Part shown: positions 38,300 through 48,361 of the stretch, one piece after another
How the letters are laid out: each line of letters starts with the position of its first letter
Numbering within the stretch: position 1 is the first letter of the stretch
Assembly (NCBI GenBank): GCA_964631145.1
Contig: CAZVXT010000001.1
Span: 457,237 to 521,236 of the forward strand
DNA: 64,000 bases
From: an uncultured Candidatus Saccharibacteria bacterium
GTDB lineage: Bacteria > Patescibacteriota > Doudnabacteria > UBA920
Direction: 5' to 3'
Translations under genes and position numbers: made by a program
Notes under the pieces: generated by a model
Databases searched by the model: none
What the model was told of the DNA's origin: nothing
Seen by the model: the letters and a program-made list of their open reading frames with translations, nothing else

Positions 38300-39583
38300 A
38301 TGCAATACGCATTTGTTTTGGGTAGGGTCCATACTCTATCAATAGCAGAAATATTTTTTTATTTTCAAAAGCAAAATATAGCTTTACGGGTGATTGATAT
38401 GTCCCCTGAAGTTTTGATTATCGATACAGATAGTCAGATTGATTTTCTTAAAATTCAAAAAGAACTTGGTGGGGTTGTTAAAATTTTGAAAGTCATAGAT
38501 GAAGTTAAGAAAAAAGAAACTGATTATCTTAACTTTGCTTTGCAAAATTACTTTAAGCCTAGCAAGTTAAAAAACGACTTTTTAAAAAACGCTAAAGGTA
38601 AGCTTCAGATTGGCATTAGTGTTTATTTATTAGACTCTACTGTTAAAGCTTTTGGTGAACCAAAGCGTATTGGTATGTTTATTAAGAGGTCTTTGCAGGA
38701 TGCTGGTTCTATTATTCGTTTAGTTTTACCTCAGTTTAATGGTTTGGCTTTGCCTTCGGTATCTGTTACGCATAATCATTTATTAGAAAAAGGTGTGGAA
38801 ATTTGTATTCTTGCTGCTAACAAAAAGGTTTATGTGGCTAAGACATTGGTTGTACAAGCTTTCGAAGACTATGGGCGCCGTGATTATCAAAGACCTGTTC
38901 GCGATGACAAGCAAGGAATGATACCTCCAAAAGTTGCTCAGATGATGATTAATTTTTCTGGAGGTAAAATTGGCGAGACTTTATATGATCCTTTTTGCGG
39001 TATTGGGACAATTTTACAAGAAGGTATACTGCTTGGATATAGATTTTTAGGCACGGACCTTAACCCGATTGCTATTTCTGGTAGTGAGAAGAATTTAGAA
39101 TGGTTTAGAAATCGATATAAAATCCCTAAAGGAAAATATCATGTAGAGGTTAGTGATGCAATAAAATGCAATCACATTGTAGAAAACCTCAAAACTATAG
39201 GGGCTTTTAGTACTATCTCCGGGATTGTCACAGAGGGTTATTTGGGACCTATGTATACCGAGTTTCCAAAATCAGATGATATTGAAAAGAATTTTAATGA
39301 TCTAAAACAATTATATACTGCTAGTTTTCAAGAATTTTTAAAGTTTTTACCTACTGGTGGGCGTGTGGTTTTGTGTATTCCTGCTTATAAAAAACGCGAT
39401 AATTATACCCTTTTTCCTTATATTGACGATTTGCTTCAAATTGGCTATAATTTGATAGACTTAATTCCTCAGAATTTAGCTCAAAATGTACCTTTTTTGA
39501 AGCTCACAGAGCGTGGTACTGCCATATATGATCGTAAGGATCAGATTGTGGCGAGAGAAATAGTCATCTTTGAAGTTAAGTAA
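38300..39583 (+). CDS. TRM11-like SAM-dependent (RNA) methyltransferase
   Basis: RDYQRP.RD..GMIPPKVAQMMIN, YDPFCGIGTILQE, GTD, VTEGYLGP, DQIVAREI. Confidence 0.85.
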   Translation: MQYAFVLGRVHTLSIAEIFFYFQKQNIALRVIDMSPEVLIIDTDSQIDFLKIQKELGGVVKILKVIDEVKKKETDYLNFALQNYFKPSKLKNDFLKNAKGKLQIGISVYLLDSTVKAFGEPKRIGMFIKRSLQDAGSIIRLVLPQFNGLALPSVSVTHNHLLEKGVEICILAANKKVYVAKTLVVQAFEDYGRRDYQRPVRDDKQGMIPPKVAQMMINFSGGKIGETLYDPFCGIGTILQEGILLGYRFLGTDLNPIAISGSEKNLEWFRNRYKIPKGKYHVEVSDAIKCNHIVENLKTIGAFSTISGIVTEGYLGPMYTEFPKSDDIEKNFNDLKQLYTASFQEFLKFLPTGGRVVLCIPAYKKRDNYTLFPYIDDLLQIGYNLIDLIPQNLAQNVPFLKLTERGTAIYDRKDQIVAREIVIFEVK

Positions 39584-39700
39584 ATTACATATTTGGTAAT
39601 TTCTTCGTTAAAATGCTCCGGTAATTTTCACTGTAGTTATAACTACAGCTCAAATTATCCCCACATTTTGCCTCGAATTTACTCAAATATCTAATTTACC
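39584..39700. repeat. Long imperfect hairpin element upstream of rpmA
   Basis: Outer arms AATTACATATTTGGTAATTTC / GAATTTACTCAAATATCTAATT, central palindrome CTGTAGTTATAACTACAG. Confidence 0.7.
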
Positions 39701-39852
39701 ACGAAGACTTCTAAGATTTTATATACATGCAATCTTCCCAAATATTAATTGGCTCGCCAGCTTATTAGTTAACTGGAAGTTTTTACAAGTTAAGTTTTGT
39801 TAATCGAGGCATCGCCAAAAGCGAAATTGATTAGCAAATTGCAGAAGTTCTT

Positions 39853-40137
39853 ATGGCTCATAAGAAAGCTGGTGGATCTACTAGTTTAGGTCGCGATTCT
39901 GTCTCCAAGCGTCTTGGTGTTAAAGTTTTTGGTAACCAACGTATTAGTAAAGGTGAAATTATTGTTCGTCAACACGGTAATAAATTTCATGCTGGAAAAA
40001 ATGTTAACAACGGTGGCGATAATACTCTTTATTCTCTAATCGATGGTATTGTGAAGTTTCAAGTTAAAATGGTTCGTAAGTTCCATGGTAACCTCCGCAA
40101 AACTAAAATCGTTAGCGTAGAACCACTTCAGAAATAA
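39853..40137 (+). CDS. rpmA: 50S ribosomal protein L27
   Basis: [33 protein letters not shown]. Confidence 0.98.
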   Translation: MAHKKAGGSTSLGRDSVSKRLGVKVFGNQRISKGEIIVRQHGNKFHAGKNVNNGGDNTLYSLIDGIVKFQVKMVRKFHGNLRKTKIVSVEPLQK

Positions 40138-40149
40138 TTAAAAACACCC

Positions 40150-40572
40150 TCATAGGGTGTTTTTAATTTTAGATAATACTTTGTCATGATGGCTATGATG
40201 TCTTGGTCTACTCATAAATCTATTTTTCAACTCTTCTTCATTTGCTTTACAATGTATTATATAGATTTTTGGTTGATATTTATTTCCCCATTTGGTAAAT
40301 AAATCGATATTACCTTCAAAAATAAATGGGGCTTCTATAATTAAATTTGCTTTGTTAGATAGTTGTTCTTCCGTTAAGGACTCTAAAATTTGCATACTAA
40401 TATTGCCAGCTTTTTTACTCTCATCAAGCGTTTTCATATCTAATTCATGATATAAAACTTCTTTAATAGAATCTTTACTGATTAATGCAATATTTAATTT
40501 TTTAGCTAATGCCATGGCTAACGTTGTTTTGCCGCTCCCAGAGCTTCCACATACTATAAATAATCTGTTCAT
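40150..40572 (-). CDS. AAA_33/P-loop nucleotide kinase-like protein (possibly C-terminally truncated)
   Basis: Walker A GSSGSGKTT, SKDSIKE, IIEA, lid R...R.RH..H.D; ORF ends inside the rpmA terminator. Confidence 0.7.
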   Translation of the reverse strand: MNRLFIVCGSSGSGKTTLAMALAKKLNIALISKDSIKEVLYHELDMKTLDESKKAGNISMQILESLTEEQLSNKANLIIEAPFIFEGNIDLFTKWGNKYQPKIYIIHCKANEEELKNRFMSRPRHHSHHDKVLSKIKNTL

Positions 40573-40577
40573 ATTCT

Positions 40578-42266
40578 TTATTTAAGAGATTTTACAAAAG
40601 CGTTAAATAGTGGGTGTGGGCTAAACGGTCGAGATTTAAATTCTGGGTGAAATTGGGTGGCTATAAAAAATGGATGATCTGGTAATTCTATGATTTCTAC
40701 CAAGTGACCGTCTGGACTAGTCCCGGCAATGATCAATCCTAAATCTTCTAGCTTTTGACGATAATCATTATTAAACTCATAGCGATGACGATGACGTTCC
40801 GAGATTTTTGCTTGCTTTATTCCTTTTTTAAACCAACCTGATCTTTCGTAAGCTGTATAGGTTTTGGTTCCGGGGGTTAATAAGCAATCCCATACCCCTA
40901 ATCTCATTGTTGCGCCGTACTCGCGGTTAAGAAGTAGTTTTTCTTGTTCAGGCATAATATGTATTACAGGATGTTTTGTGTTAGGCTCAACTTCAGTTGT
41001 ATTTGCAGTACGAAGTTTAGCAATGCTTCGGGCAAATTCTATGGTTGCAAGCTGCATGCCGTAACAAAGCCCTAAATAAGGAATTTTGTTGATCCTGGCG
41101 TATTTTGCTGCTTGAATAATGCCTTCTATTCCCCTACTGCCAAATCCTCCCGGTACACATATGCCGCTGTAGCCTTGTAAGACAGCTTTAGCACCGTCTT
41201 TTTCTATTTTACTGCTTGATATCCAATCTAGTTCAATTTTTTTATTTTGAGCCCAAGAAGCATGTTTAAGCGCTTCAATTACTGATACATATACATCAGC
41301 AAGTTGATAATTTCCTGTTTCAAAATACTTGCCAACAACAGCAATTTTATGAACAGAGTTTTGTTTGCTGACACTAGAAATTTTTTGTGAAAGTTTCTGC
41401 CAATTTTGTAGACCTGATTTTTTTACAGGCATACCAAATTTTTCTAGCAATTTACTCGCAAGCCCTTCTTTGTCAAAATTTACCGGCACATGATAAATAC
41501 TATCAACATTTGGAGCTGCTATGATATGGCTTTTGGGAATATTTGTAGTCCAAGCCAGTGTTTCTTTTCTTCTATCATCAATTTTATTTTCTGCTCTAGC
41601 AATCAGAAAGTCTGGTTGAATACCAGAGGCAATAAGTTGCTTCACAGAATTTTGTACAGGTTTGGACTTCATCTCTCCAACGCTTGGTGGTGTTGGTAGA
41701 TAAGCTACATGTATATGTGCAACATCTCGACCATCTCTGTACTTCATTATGCGATTTGCTTCGATGAATAAAATGTTTTGGTATTCTCCTACTGTACCGC
41801 CAATTTCACAGATAACAAAGTCTGCTTTGCGCTTTCGAGCTGCTTCTTCGAGCCTGTATATAATTTCTTCAGGAACATGCAAGGCAACTTCTACATCTTC
41901 ACCGCCGTATTCAAAATTTCTTTCTTTCTGAATTATGCGCTGAAATAATTGACCATTGGTAACATAATTAGCGCTAGATAGATCCGTGTTTAAAAATCTT
42001 TCGTAATTTCCTAAGTCTTGATCGGTTTCCATACCGTCATCTGTTACAAAAACTTCACCATGCTCTTGAGGTCTTATAGTTCCTGCATCAACATTTAAAT
42101 AAGCATCGCATTTTACAGGAGCGACAGTGTATCCACGTGCTTGAAGTAATGCTGACAATGAAGCTGTGGTAATACCTTTACCAACCGAAGAAATTACTCC
42201 ACCAGAAATAAATATAAATTTGGTATTAAGTTTTTTTGCTTTTCGGGTTTTAACGTGATAAGACAT
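40578..42266 (-). CDS. pyrG: CTP synthase
   Basis: GGVISSVGKG, EHGEVFVT.DG.ETDQDLG.YERF, KSKP.Q, PGGFG.RG, LCYGMQ, ERHRHRYE, QFHPEF. Confidence 0.98.
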   Translation of the reverse strand: MSYHVKTRKAKKLNTKFIFISGGVISSVGKGITTASLSALLQARGYTVAPVKCDAYLNVDAGTIRPQEHGEVFVTDDGMETDQDLGNYERFLNTDLSSANYVTNGQLFQRIIQKERNFEYGGEDVEVALHVPEEIIYRLEEAARKRKADFVICEIGGTVGEYQNILFIEANRIMKYRDGRDVAHIHVAYLPTPPSVGEMKSKPVQNSVKQLIASGIQPDFLIARAENKIDDRRKETLAWTTNIPKSHIIAAPNVDSIYHVPVNFDKEGLASKLLEKFGMPVKKSGLQNWQKLSQKISSVSKQNSVHKIAVVGKYFETGNYQLADVYVSVIEALKHASWAQNKKIELDWISSSKIEKDGAKAVLQGYSGICVPGGFGSRGIEGIIQAAKYARINKIPYLGLCYGMQLATIEFARSIAKLRTANTTEVEPNTKHPVIHIMPEQEKLLLNREYGATMRLGVWDCLLTPGTKTYTAYERSGWFKKGIKQAKISERHRHRYEFNNDYRQKLEDLGLIIAGTSPDGHLVEIIELPDHPFFIATQFHPEFKSRPFSPHPLFNAFVKSLK

Positions 42267-42403
42267 ATTAATTTACTTTATATTTTTCTACTCTAACTAA
42301 ATTTGCCTTCACTCCGTCAGGAGTTTGTATGGAAGATTTGGCAATAATCACCATGTATATTTTATTGTTCATTTTGTATCGGTTAGTAAATTAAAGTTAT
42401 CTA

Positions 42404-43066
42404 TTAAAATGTATTAAAAGATTTTACTATGCTTTCAGTGGTTTTGGGATAATCATATTGAAAGGTTTCTTGTATGCTGATAACATAAATACTATTATTT
42501 TTTCCTTCTATGTAATAAGTTGGATAATTGCCGAATCCGCCAAGTATTGTTGAGTATGCTCTTTGGTTATTGATCTGCATTTCTTTGTAACCATAATTTT
42601 TACCACTTGCATCGTGTGCGTAAGAATCCATTGCATCTAATAGTCTAGGTATTGTTGTGATAGCTTTTTTATCAATAGTTTCGTCATGCAAAAATTGTTC
42701 TGCTACCAAATCTCGTAAAGTATTGTATTTGCGAATTTGTATATCCTCGCCATATCCTTCACCCCATACTTCTCCTGACTCTATTTGTCTTGTGGTTTCT
42801 TCATTTTTCGGACTATTAAATGTAATAGTTTGATTGAGGTATTTTGATTCTGTAATAACCCAATCTTCAGGAATACCGATTGAAAATTTTAAATCCTGAT
42901 TTTTATATTCCTTTAAACTAGGTATCATCTCCGGCGGGTTATTTTTAGTTGTAATTGGTATGCTGCCACCATTTTCAGCATGGTTGCGTGTTAGCTGTAA
43001 TGTAAAAACCGCTCCAATTAGAATAACTAAAATAATTATATATAAAATTGCAAACTTTTTATTCAT
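42404..43066 (-). CDS. Membrane-anchored PsbP-like secreted protein
   Basis: N-terminal TM; YKNQDLKFSIGIPEDW; terminal IVKSFNTF. Confidence 0.7.
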   Translation of the reverse strand: MNKKFAILYIIILVILIGAVFTLQLTRNHAENGGSIPITTKNNPPEMIPSLKEYKNQDLKFSIGIPEDWVITESKYLNQTITFNSPKNEETTRQIESGEVWGEGYGEDIQIRKYNTLRDLVAEQFLHDETIDKKAITTIPRLLDAMDSYAHDASGKNYGYKEMQINNQRAYSTILGGFGNYPTYYIEGKNNSIYVISIQETFQYDYPKTTESIVKSFNTF

Positions 43067-43068
43067 AT

Positions 43069-43515
43069 TTATTTGCTTTCTATATTAACTTTTAAAATCA
43101 TGTTTACACCACTGCCCAGTTTAACTTTAATTTCATGAAGTCCTGGCTTTTTTAAGCTATGCAAGTTGGGTAACAGATTGGCATCCAATTCAATTTTTGT
43201 TTTTTGGTATATTACCGCAAGAAGATCTTTTTTCTCAATTGCTCCAAAGACTTGCCCCTTGCTTCCAACTTTAATTAGCACTGTAAAAATCCTTTTTTCC
43301 AATTCTTTTTTTATTTTATGATTTCTTTCCAATTCTCTTTTTTGTTTTGCAGTTTTTTCTGTTAATTCTTTTTTTAATTTTTGCTCTGCTTCTGGGGTTG
43401 CGACAATAGCTGATTTGGTTTTGATAAGAAAGTTATTAGCATAGCCGTCATTAACCTCTTTTATCTCCCCCTTTTTACCCACCCCTTTAACATCTTTTAG
43501 TAAAATGACTTTCAT
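43069..43515 (-). CDS. rplI: 50S ribosomal protein L9
   Basis: [35 protein letters not shown]. Confidence 0.96.
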   Translation of the reverse strand: MKVILLKDVKGVGKKGEIKEVNDGYANNFLIKTKSAIVATPEAEQKLKKELTEKTAKQKRELERNHKIKKELEKRIFTVLIKVGSKGQVFGAIEKKDLLAVIYQKTKIELDANLLPNLHSLKKPGLHEIKVKLGSGVNMILKVNIESK

Positions 43516-43614
43516 AATAATAAATTAAAAATAAAAAGAACCAGACTTTTGAGAGTCATGGCTCTTTTTTATTATATCTGGTTGTATTAATGCGTCAATG
43601 CTTGCTGTGGACAA

Positions 43615-44532
43615 TTAAATCTTTAAATATTTACGCATTGCCCAAAGACTGGAAATCGTACTTAGGGTAAAAGCAATAATTAGTTGTAATAAAATAACTA
43701 GTAAGAAATTGATAATATTACCATTGAAAATCTGATTTCCAGGAGCTAGATACATACCAATTTTAGGTAAAATATTAAAATAAATTGGCGTTAATAGTAT
43801 GCTGGTAATAATTGCTGCAATTACGCTATACATTAAAGCTTCGACTATAAATGGACCTCTAATATACCAATTTGTTGCACCTACTAAGCGCATTATTTCT
43901 ACTTCTTCTCGCCTGTTGTATATAGTTAAGGCAATTGTATTAAATATTACTAAGATTGCAATCAAGCAGAAAACTGTCATCAAAATAAGCCCGAAAGTGA
44001 TAATAAATTTTAGTAATGTATTTAATCTATTAATTATTACTCTGTTATCTTCAAAGTTTACTTTTTCAATTTTATCTTTGTATTTATCCGAAGAAAGATT
44101 TTCAGCTATAGCGCTATAATCATCTAGATTATCTGCTTTAATTTGAAGTGTTGCTGGTAAAGGATTTTCTGACAACTCATCGATAGATTCCATTATAAGT
44201 TTGTCGTTTTTATGTTTTTCTTTAAAATCCCTAAAAGCTTGCTCTGATGAGATGTAGGTAACAGTTTTTACTTTAGGATTAGACCTAAGATCATCTCTAA
44301 CCACTAATATTTGAGGTTCTGTGGTGCCTGTTTTGAAATAAGCACTAATATCTACTCTTTGTTGGATGGATTCTATAGAGTAGTTAGTAATTATAAACAA
44401 TAAACTTAGGACAGATAAAATAATCAAGGTAACAGTCATGATTAGAGTGGATGCACCTGCTAGCCATAAGTTTCTTTTTAGATTAAGAATACCGTTTTTA
44501 ATTATACGGTAAAGAGAAATAAGTGACTTCAT
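43615..44532 (-). CDS. ftsX: Cell division permease FtsX
   Basis: RN.WL, ENPLPA, IFNTI.LTIYNRREEVEIMRLVGATNWYIRGPF. Confidence 0.95.
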   Translation of the reverse strand: MKSLISLYRIIKNGILNLKRNLWLAGASTLIMTVTLIILSVLSLLFIITNYSIESIQQRVDISAYFKTGTTEPQILVVRDDLRSNPKVKTVTYISSEQAFRDFKEKHKNDKLIMESIDELSENPLPATLQIKADNLDDYSAIAENLSSDKYKDKIEKVNFEDNRVIINRLNTLLKFIITFGLILMTVFCLIAILVIFNTIALTIYNRREEVEIMRLVGATNWYIRGPFIVEALMYSVIAAIITSILLTPIYFNILPKIGMYLAPGNQIFNGNIINFLLVILLQLIIAFTLSTISSLWAMRKYLKI

Positions 44533-45209
44533 TATAGTTTGTACTTTCCTTTCTCTTGCTCTAATGTAACTTGCCCACCTTCGATAGTAATTACACGCTT
44601 TTTTATTTTGTTAACAATATCAGCTGCGTGGGTTGCAAGAATTACAGTTGTGCCTAGTTTATTAATCTTCAAAAGAAGATCAATGACTTCTGCTGCATTA
44701 ATTTCGTCTAAGTTTCCGGTCGGTTCGTCTGCTAATAGCAAAACAGGTCTATGTGATAGGCTTCTTGCAATAGCAACGCGTTGCTTTTCGCCGCCACTCA
44801 TTTCATGAGGAAAACTCTCTTGTTTATGTCCAAGTCCAACTAACTCTAAAATTTTAGGTACGTCTTTGAGAATTTGTTCTTTTCTATGTCCGGCTACTTC
44901 CATGGCAAAAGCTACATTTTCAAATGCAGTCCTCTTTGGGAGCAATTTTATATCTTGAAATACGGTTCCGATTTTACGTCTGAGATAAGGCAGATCGGAT
45001 TTTTTGATGCGTGACATATCTATATCATCAATCAAAATGCTTCCATCGTCTAGTTCTTCTTCTCCGATGATAAGCTTCATTAAAGTAGATTTTCCTGCAC
45101 CGCTCATCCCTACCAAAGAAATAAACTCCCCTTGCTTAATATGCAAGTTGATGTTGTTTAAAGCTTTGTGATCACCGTAATATTTTATAACGTTTTTAAA
45201 CGTAATCAT
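44532..45209 (-). CDS. ftsE: Cell division ATP-binding protein FtsE
   Basis: G.SGAGKST, LRRKIG.VFQD.KLL, SGGEKQR, LADEPTGNLD, ATH. Confidence 0.95.
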   Translation of the reverse strand: MITFKNVIKYYGDHKALNNINLHIKQGEFISLVGMSGAGKSTLMKLIIGEEELDDGSILIDDIDMSRIKKSDLPYLRRKIGTVFQDIKLLPKRTAFENVAFAMEVAGHRKEQILKDVPKILELVGLGHKQESFPHEMSGGEKQRVAIARSLSHRPVLLLADEPTGNLDEINAAEVIDLLLKINKLGTTVILATHAADIVNKIKKRVITIEGGQVTLEQEKGKYKL

Positions 45210-45315
45210 ACTAGATAATTATACCATAATAGCATATAGGTTGAAAATTTGTGACGGTTGTGTTATATTATTTGGTGCTTAAATAAAGCATTGATCACAA
45301 ATTTTTGGAGGAAAT

Positions 45316-45659
45316 ATGTATACTAAAGTTGCTTGTCCAACTCAATCAGATTTTGAAAATTTATTGAACTTTTATCAAAATAAAACTAAATTGATAAAGG
45401 CAAATTAATTTCTATTAAAAATCATGCTAGAGATTGTCATAAATGTCACAATACTATTTTGAATCTTGTTTTAAGGACTGATAATGAAAATGAAGTTGTC
45501 GCTTCTCCAAACGATATTAGTGAAGTTATGGCATTAGAATCTAATAATACTGCAAACCAACCTTTTTGCAATTTCCCGCATTTAACGATTGTGGATCCAG
45601 AAAGAAATAACGATGGAAAATTGTCTTTGACTGCAAAAAAAAGTTATATAAAAAATTAA
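45316..45659 (+). pseudogene. Frameshifted zf-HC2 (ZAS-type zinc finger) orphan gene
   Basis: GGAGG-led ATG 45316 gives MYTKVACPTQSDFENLLNFYQNKTK, then a frame change near 45388-45390 continues IDKGKLISIKNHARDCHKCHNTILNL into the 45459-45659 ORF. Confidence 0.55.
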
Positions 45660-45688
45660 CTGGAGCTATACTTAATAGCCCCAGTATT

Positions 45689-46783
45689 TTATTTATTTAA
45701 ATTTTGTTCTAAGTATTTTTCTACAAAATTATCGAGATTTCCATCTAGAACTTTATCGGGATCTGATTCTTCATAATTAGTGCGATGGTCTTTGACCAGT
45801 TTGTATGGATGTAGGACATAAGACCTAATTTGATTGCCCCATTCTGCGGACTTAAATTCTCCCCTTAGCTCTTTTTTTTCTGCCGCCAGTTTTTGGTCTT
45901 CTAATGCTTGAAGTTTGCTTTGCAGGATCTTTAATGCAAGTTCTTTATTTTGATGTTGACTTCTTTCATTTTGGATACTAACTTTTATTCCCGTAGGTTT
46001 ATGGGTAATTCTGATGGCACTATATGTAGTATTAACGCTCTGTCCACCATGACCCGATGCTGTATTGGCTTCGATTTCTAAATCTTTAGGGTCTAGCTTT
46101 ATTTCTTCTTGTTCTTCCAATTCTGGAATAAGTTCGAGCAGTGCAAAGGATGTTTCTCTTGTATGCGCAGGGTTAAAAGGGCTAAGCCTGACTAGTCTGT
46201 GCACTCCAGCTTCACTTTTTAGATAACCATAAGCATAGCTTCCTTTTACATGAACAGTGCAAGATTTTATACCAGCTTCTCCACCTTTGCTTTCATCAAT
46301 TATCTCTGCTTTGAGATTTTTGCCTTCGCAGTACCTTAAAAACATCCGTACTAACATTTCTGCCCAGTCTTGGGCATCTGTCCCGCCAGCACCAGCATGG
46401 ATACTAAAAATAGCATTGTGGTTATCAAATTTATCAGATAGAAGTGTTAAAAGCCTATTGTCGTGATATTTTTTTTCTAAATCTTCGACTTGGCTTTGCA
46501 AGAAATTAATAGTCTCGGTGGTATTATCTGTATTAGACTTTAGCAGTTCTGCTAACTCTGTGCCATTTTCTTGTAAATGATTCCAAAACTCAACAAAACT
46601 TTTTAAAGTATTGTATTCCTGACTGGTCTTCTGAGCTTGCTCGGGATTTGACCAAAAATCTGCACCTTGCATTAATTCTTCTAATTCTGCAATTTTTTGG
46701 CGCTTGTGATCTAAATTTAAATAAGATATCAAGTTATCTGCCTCTGATAATATGTAATGTACTCTGGTAATATATTCATTCAT
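45689..46783 (-). CDS. prfB: Peptide chain release factor 2 (no programmed frameshift)
   Basis: GAGGTDAQDWA, EAGVHRLVRLSPF (SPF), GGQ, QNERSQ, WGNQIRSYV; continuous ORF. Confidence 0.97.
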   Translation of the reverse strand: MNEYITRVHYILSEADNLISYLNLDHKRQKIAELEELMQGADFWSNPEQAQKTSQEYNTLKSFVEFWNHLQENGTELAELLKSNTDNTTETINFLQSQVEDLEKKYHDNRLLTLLSDKFDNHNAIFSIHAGAGGTDAQDWAEMLVRMFLRYCEGKNLKAEIIDESKGGEAGIKSCTVHVKGSYAYGYLKSEAGVHRLVRLSPFNPAHTRETSFALLELIPELEEQEEIKLDPKDLEIEANTASGHGGQSVNTTYSAIRITHKPTGIKVSIQNERSQHQNKELALKILQSKLQALEDQKLAAEKKELRGEFKSAEWGNQIRSYVLHPYKLVKDHRTNYEESDPDKVLDGNLDNFVEKYLEQNLNK

Positions 46784-46831
46784 ATGATAATTATAGCCAA
46801 GATTTCTACAAAATAAAAAGCCCGCTGTATA

Positions 46832-47353
46832 TCATCTGCGAGCTTTATAATGAATCACTTTATAACCGTGTTCAAAATATCGATCTGTGCTAACAATATC
46901 CCAATCTTCAGGATTGTAGTCTGGAAATTTTACATCTCCTTCATATTCGTGATCTGTAACTGTTATATACATTTCATTTACTATTTTGCTATCAAGAGCT
47001 TCTTGGTAAATTTTATTTCCACCGATTATAAAAATGCATTCTGCATAGAGCTCATAATGTTGTATTGCGGCAGCCATGCTAGAAAACTTCTTAAATCCTA
47101 TCGGTGGATGCCATAGTTCATCTCGAGACAAAACTATGTTTACTCTATTTGGGAGCGGTTTTGGTTCTTCCTCTCCGGGTCGCTTTAGGGATTCCATGGT
47201 TTTTCTACCCATTATCACGACGTGTCCTGTAGTTAAAGCAGAAAATCTAGGTAAATCTCCTTTTAATGGTTTGTCCCATGGTAGTCTGCCATTTTTGCCA
47301 ATATAGAGATTAGGGGTGTGTGCTGCAATAAGAATTATTTTAGCTGTTCTCAT
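46832..47353 (-). CDS. folA: Dihydrofolate reductase
   Basis: IG..G.LPW, DL..F..LT.GH.VIMGRKT..S, PLPNR.NIVLS, IIGG..IY, GD..FP. Confidence 0.95.
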   Translation of the reverse strand: MRTAKIILIAAHTPNLYIGKNGRLPWDKPLKGDLPRFSALTTGHVVIMGRKTMESLKRPGEEEPKPLPNRVNIVLSRDELWHPPIGFKKFSSMAAAIQHYELYAECIFIIGGNKIYQEALDSKIVNEMYITVTDHEYEGDVKFPDYNPEDWDIVSTDRYFEHGYKVIHYKARR

Positions 47354-47370
47354 AATATTGATTCTCCTAT

Positions 47371-48225
47371 TTATACTGCAACAGGTGCAGAAATTTTTCC
47401 ATGACTATTATAACCTTCTAACTTGAGATCTTCATATTTAAAGTTTAATAAAGCTTGCAATCCGCCACCTTTAAGATTATTTTCTGGATCAACTATATTC
47501 AAGGTTGGAAGTGGTAATGGTTTGCGTTTTAATATTTCTTTAACTTGTTCCAGATGGTTGCTATAAATATGCAGGTCTCCAAATGTATGTATAAACTCTC
47601 CTACTTCCAGTCCACAAGCATAAGCAATCAATTGGGTTAATAATGCGTAAGAAGAAATATTAAATGGAACACCTAAAAATGCGTCGGCACTTCGTTGGTA
47701 TAACTGACAATGCAAAATCTTTTCGCTTTCCACTTTAAATTGAAAAAGCGTGTGGCATGGTGGTAGATCTACCATTATTGCCTGTTTTGGGTTCCAACCA
47801 GTAACAATTAATCTACGAGAATTAACATTAGTTTGAATTTGCTTGATTAAATCTGCAATTTGGTCAAAGCCATTAAATTCTGGATAATCTCCACCAAAAC
47901 TTCGCCATAAGTATCCATACACAGGTCCTAAATCCCCTTCTTCTCTTCCAAACTTTTTGGTATGGTCTTCATCTGCCCATTCTGCCCAAATATCTACACC
48001 CTTGGCGTTAAGATTTTTTTCATTAGTGTCACCACTTAAAAACCAGAATAATTCTTCAGCAATCCACCTGAATGGAACTCTTTTGGTAGTCACAATAGGA
48101 AATCCTTCTCTAAGATTATACCTATTTTGGTATCCAAAAGTAGATATTGTTCCTACCCCAGTTCTATCTTTATGTTCTACACCTTTATCTAAAATATGTT
48201 GTAATAATGCATGATATTGCTTCAT
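47371..48225 (-). CDS. thyA: Thymidylate synthase
   Basis: DRTGVGT, EL.WFL.G.TN, LGPVYG..WR, SRRL, LPPCH, YQRSAD.FLGVPFN, GDLHIY.NH. Confidence 0.98.
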   Translation of the reverse strand: MKQYHALLQHILDKGVEHKDRTGVGTISTFGYQNRYNLREGFPIVTTKRVPFRWIAEELFWFLSGDTNEKNLNAKGVDIWAEWADEDHTKKFGREEGDLGPVYGYLWRSFGGDYPEFNGFDQIADLIKQIQTNVNSRRLIVTGWNPKQAIMVDLPPCHTLFQFKVESEKILHCQLYQRSADAFLGVPFNISSYALLTQLIAYACGLEVGEFIHTFGDLHIYSNHLEQVKEILKRKPLPLPTLNIVDPENNLKGGGLQALLNFKYEDLKLEGYNSHGKISAPVAV

Positions 48226-48361
48226 AAAGCCTCCTTAAATTATGCTTGGATATTAGCATGCGACTAATAAAATAGCAAAATTTAATTAATTTATTAATTA
48301 CGCTTATGTTCTAGTATATTGGCTGTGTTTCTATTATCGACGTATTGGTTAAAACTGTTTT

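Noticed and set aside
46700-46783. Programmed +1 frameshift in prfB
   Set aside because: No CTT-TGA-C site; the ORF is continuous (TAT TTA AAT TTA GAT), a known variant.
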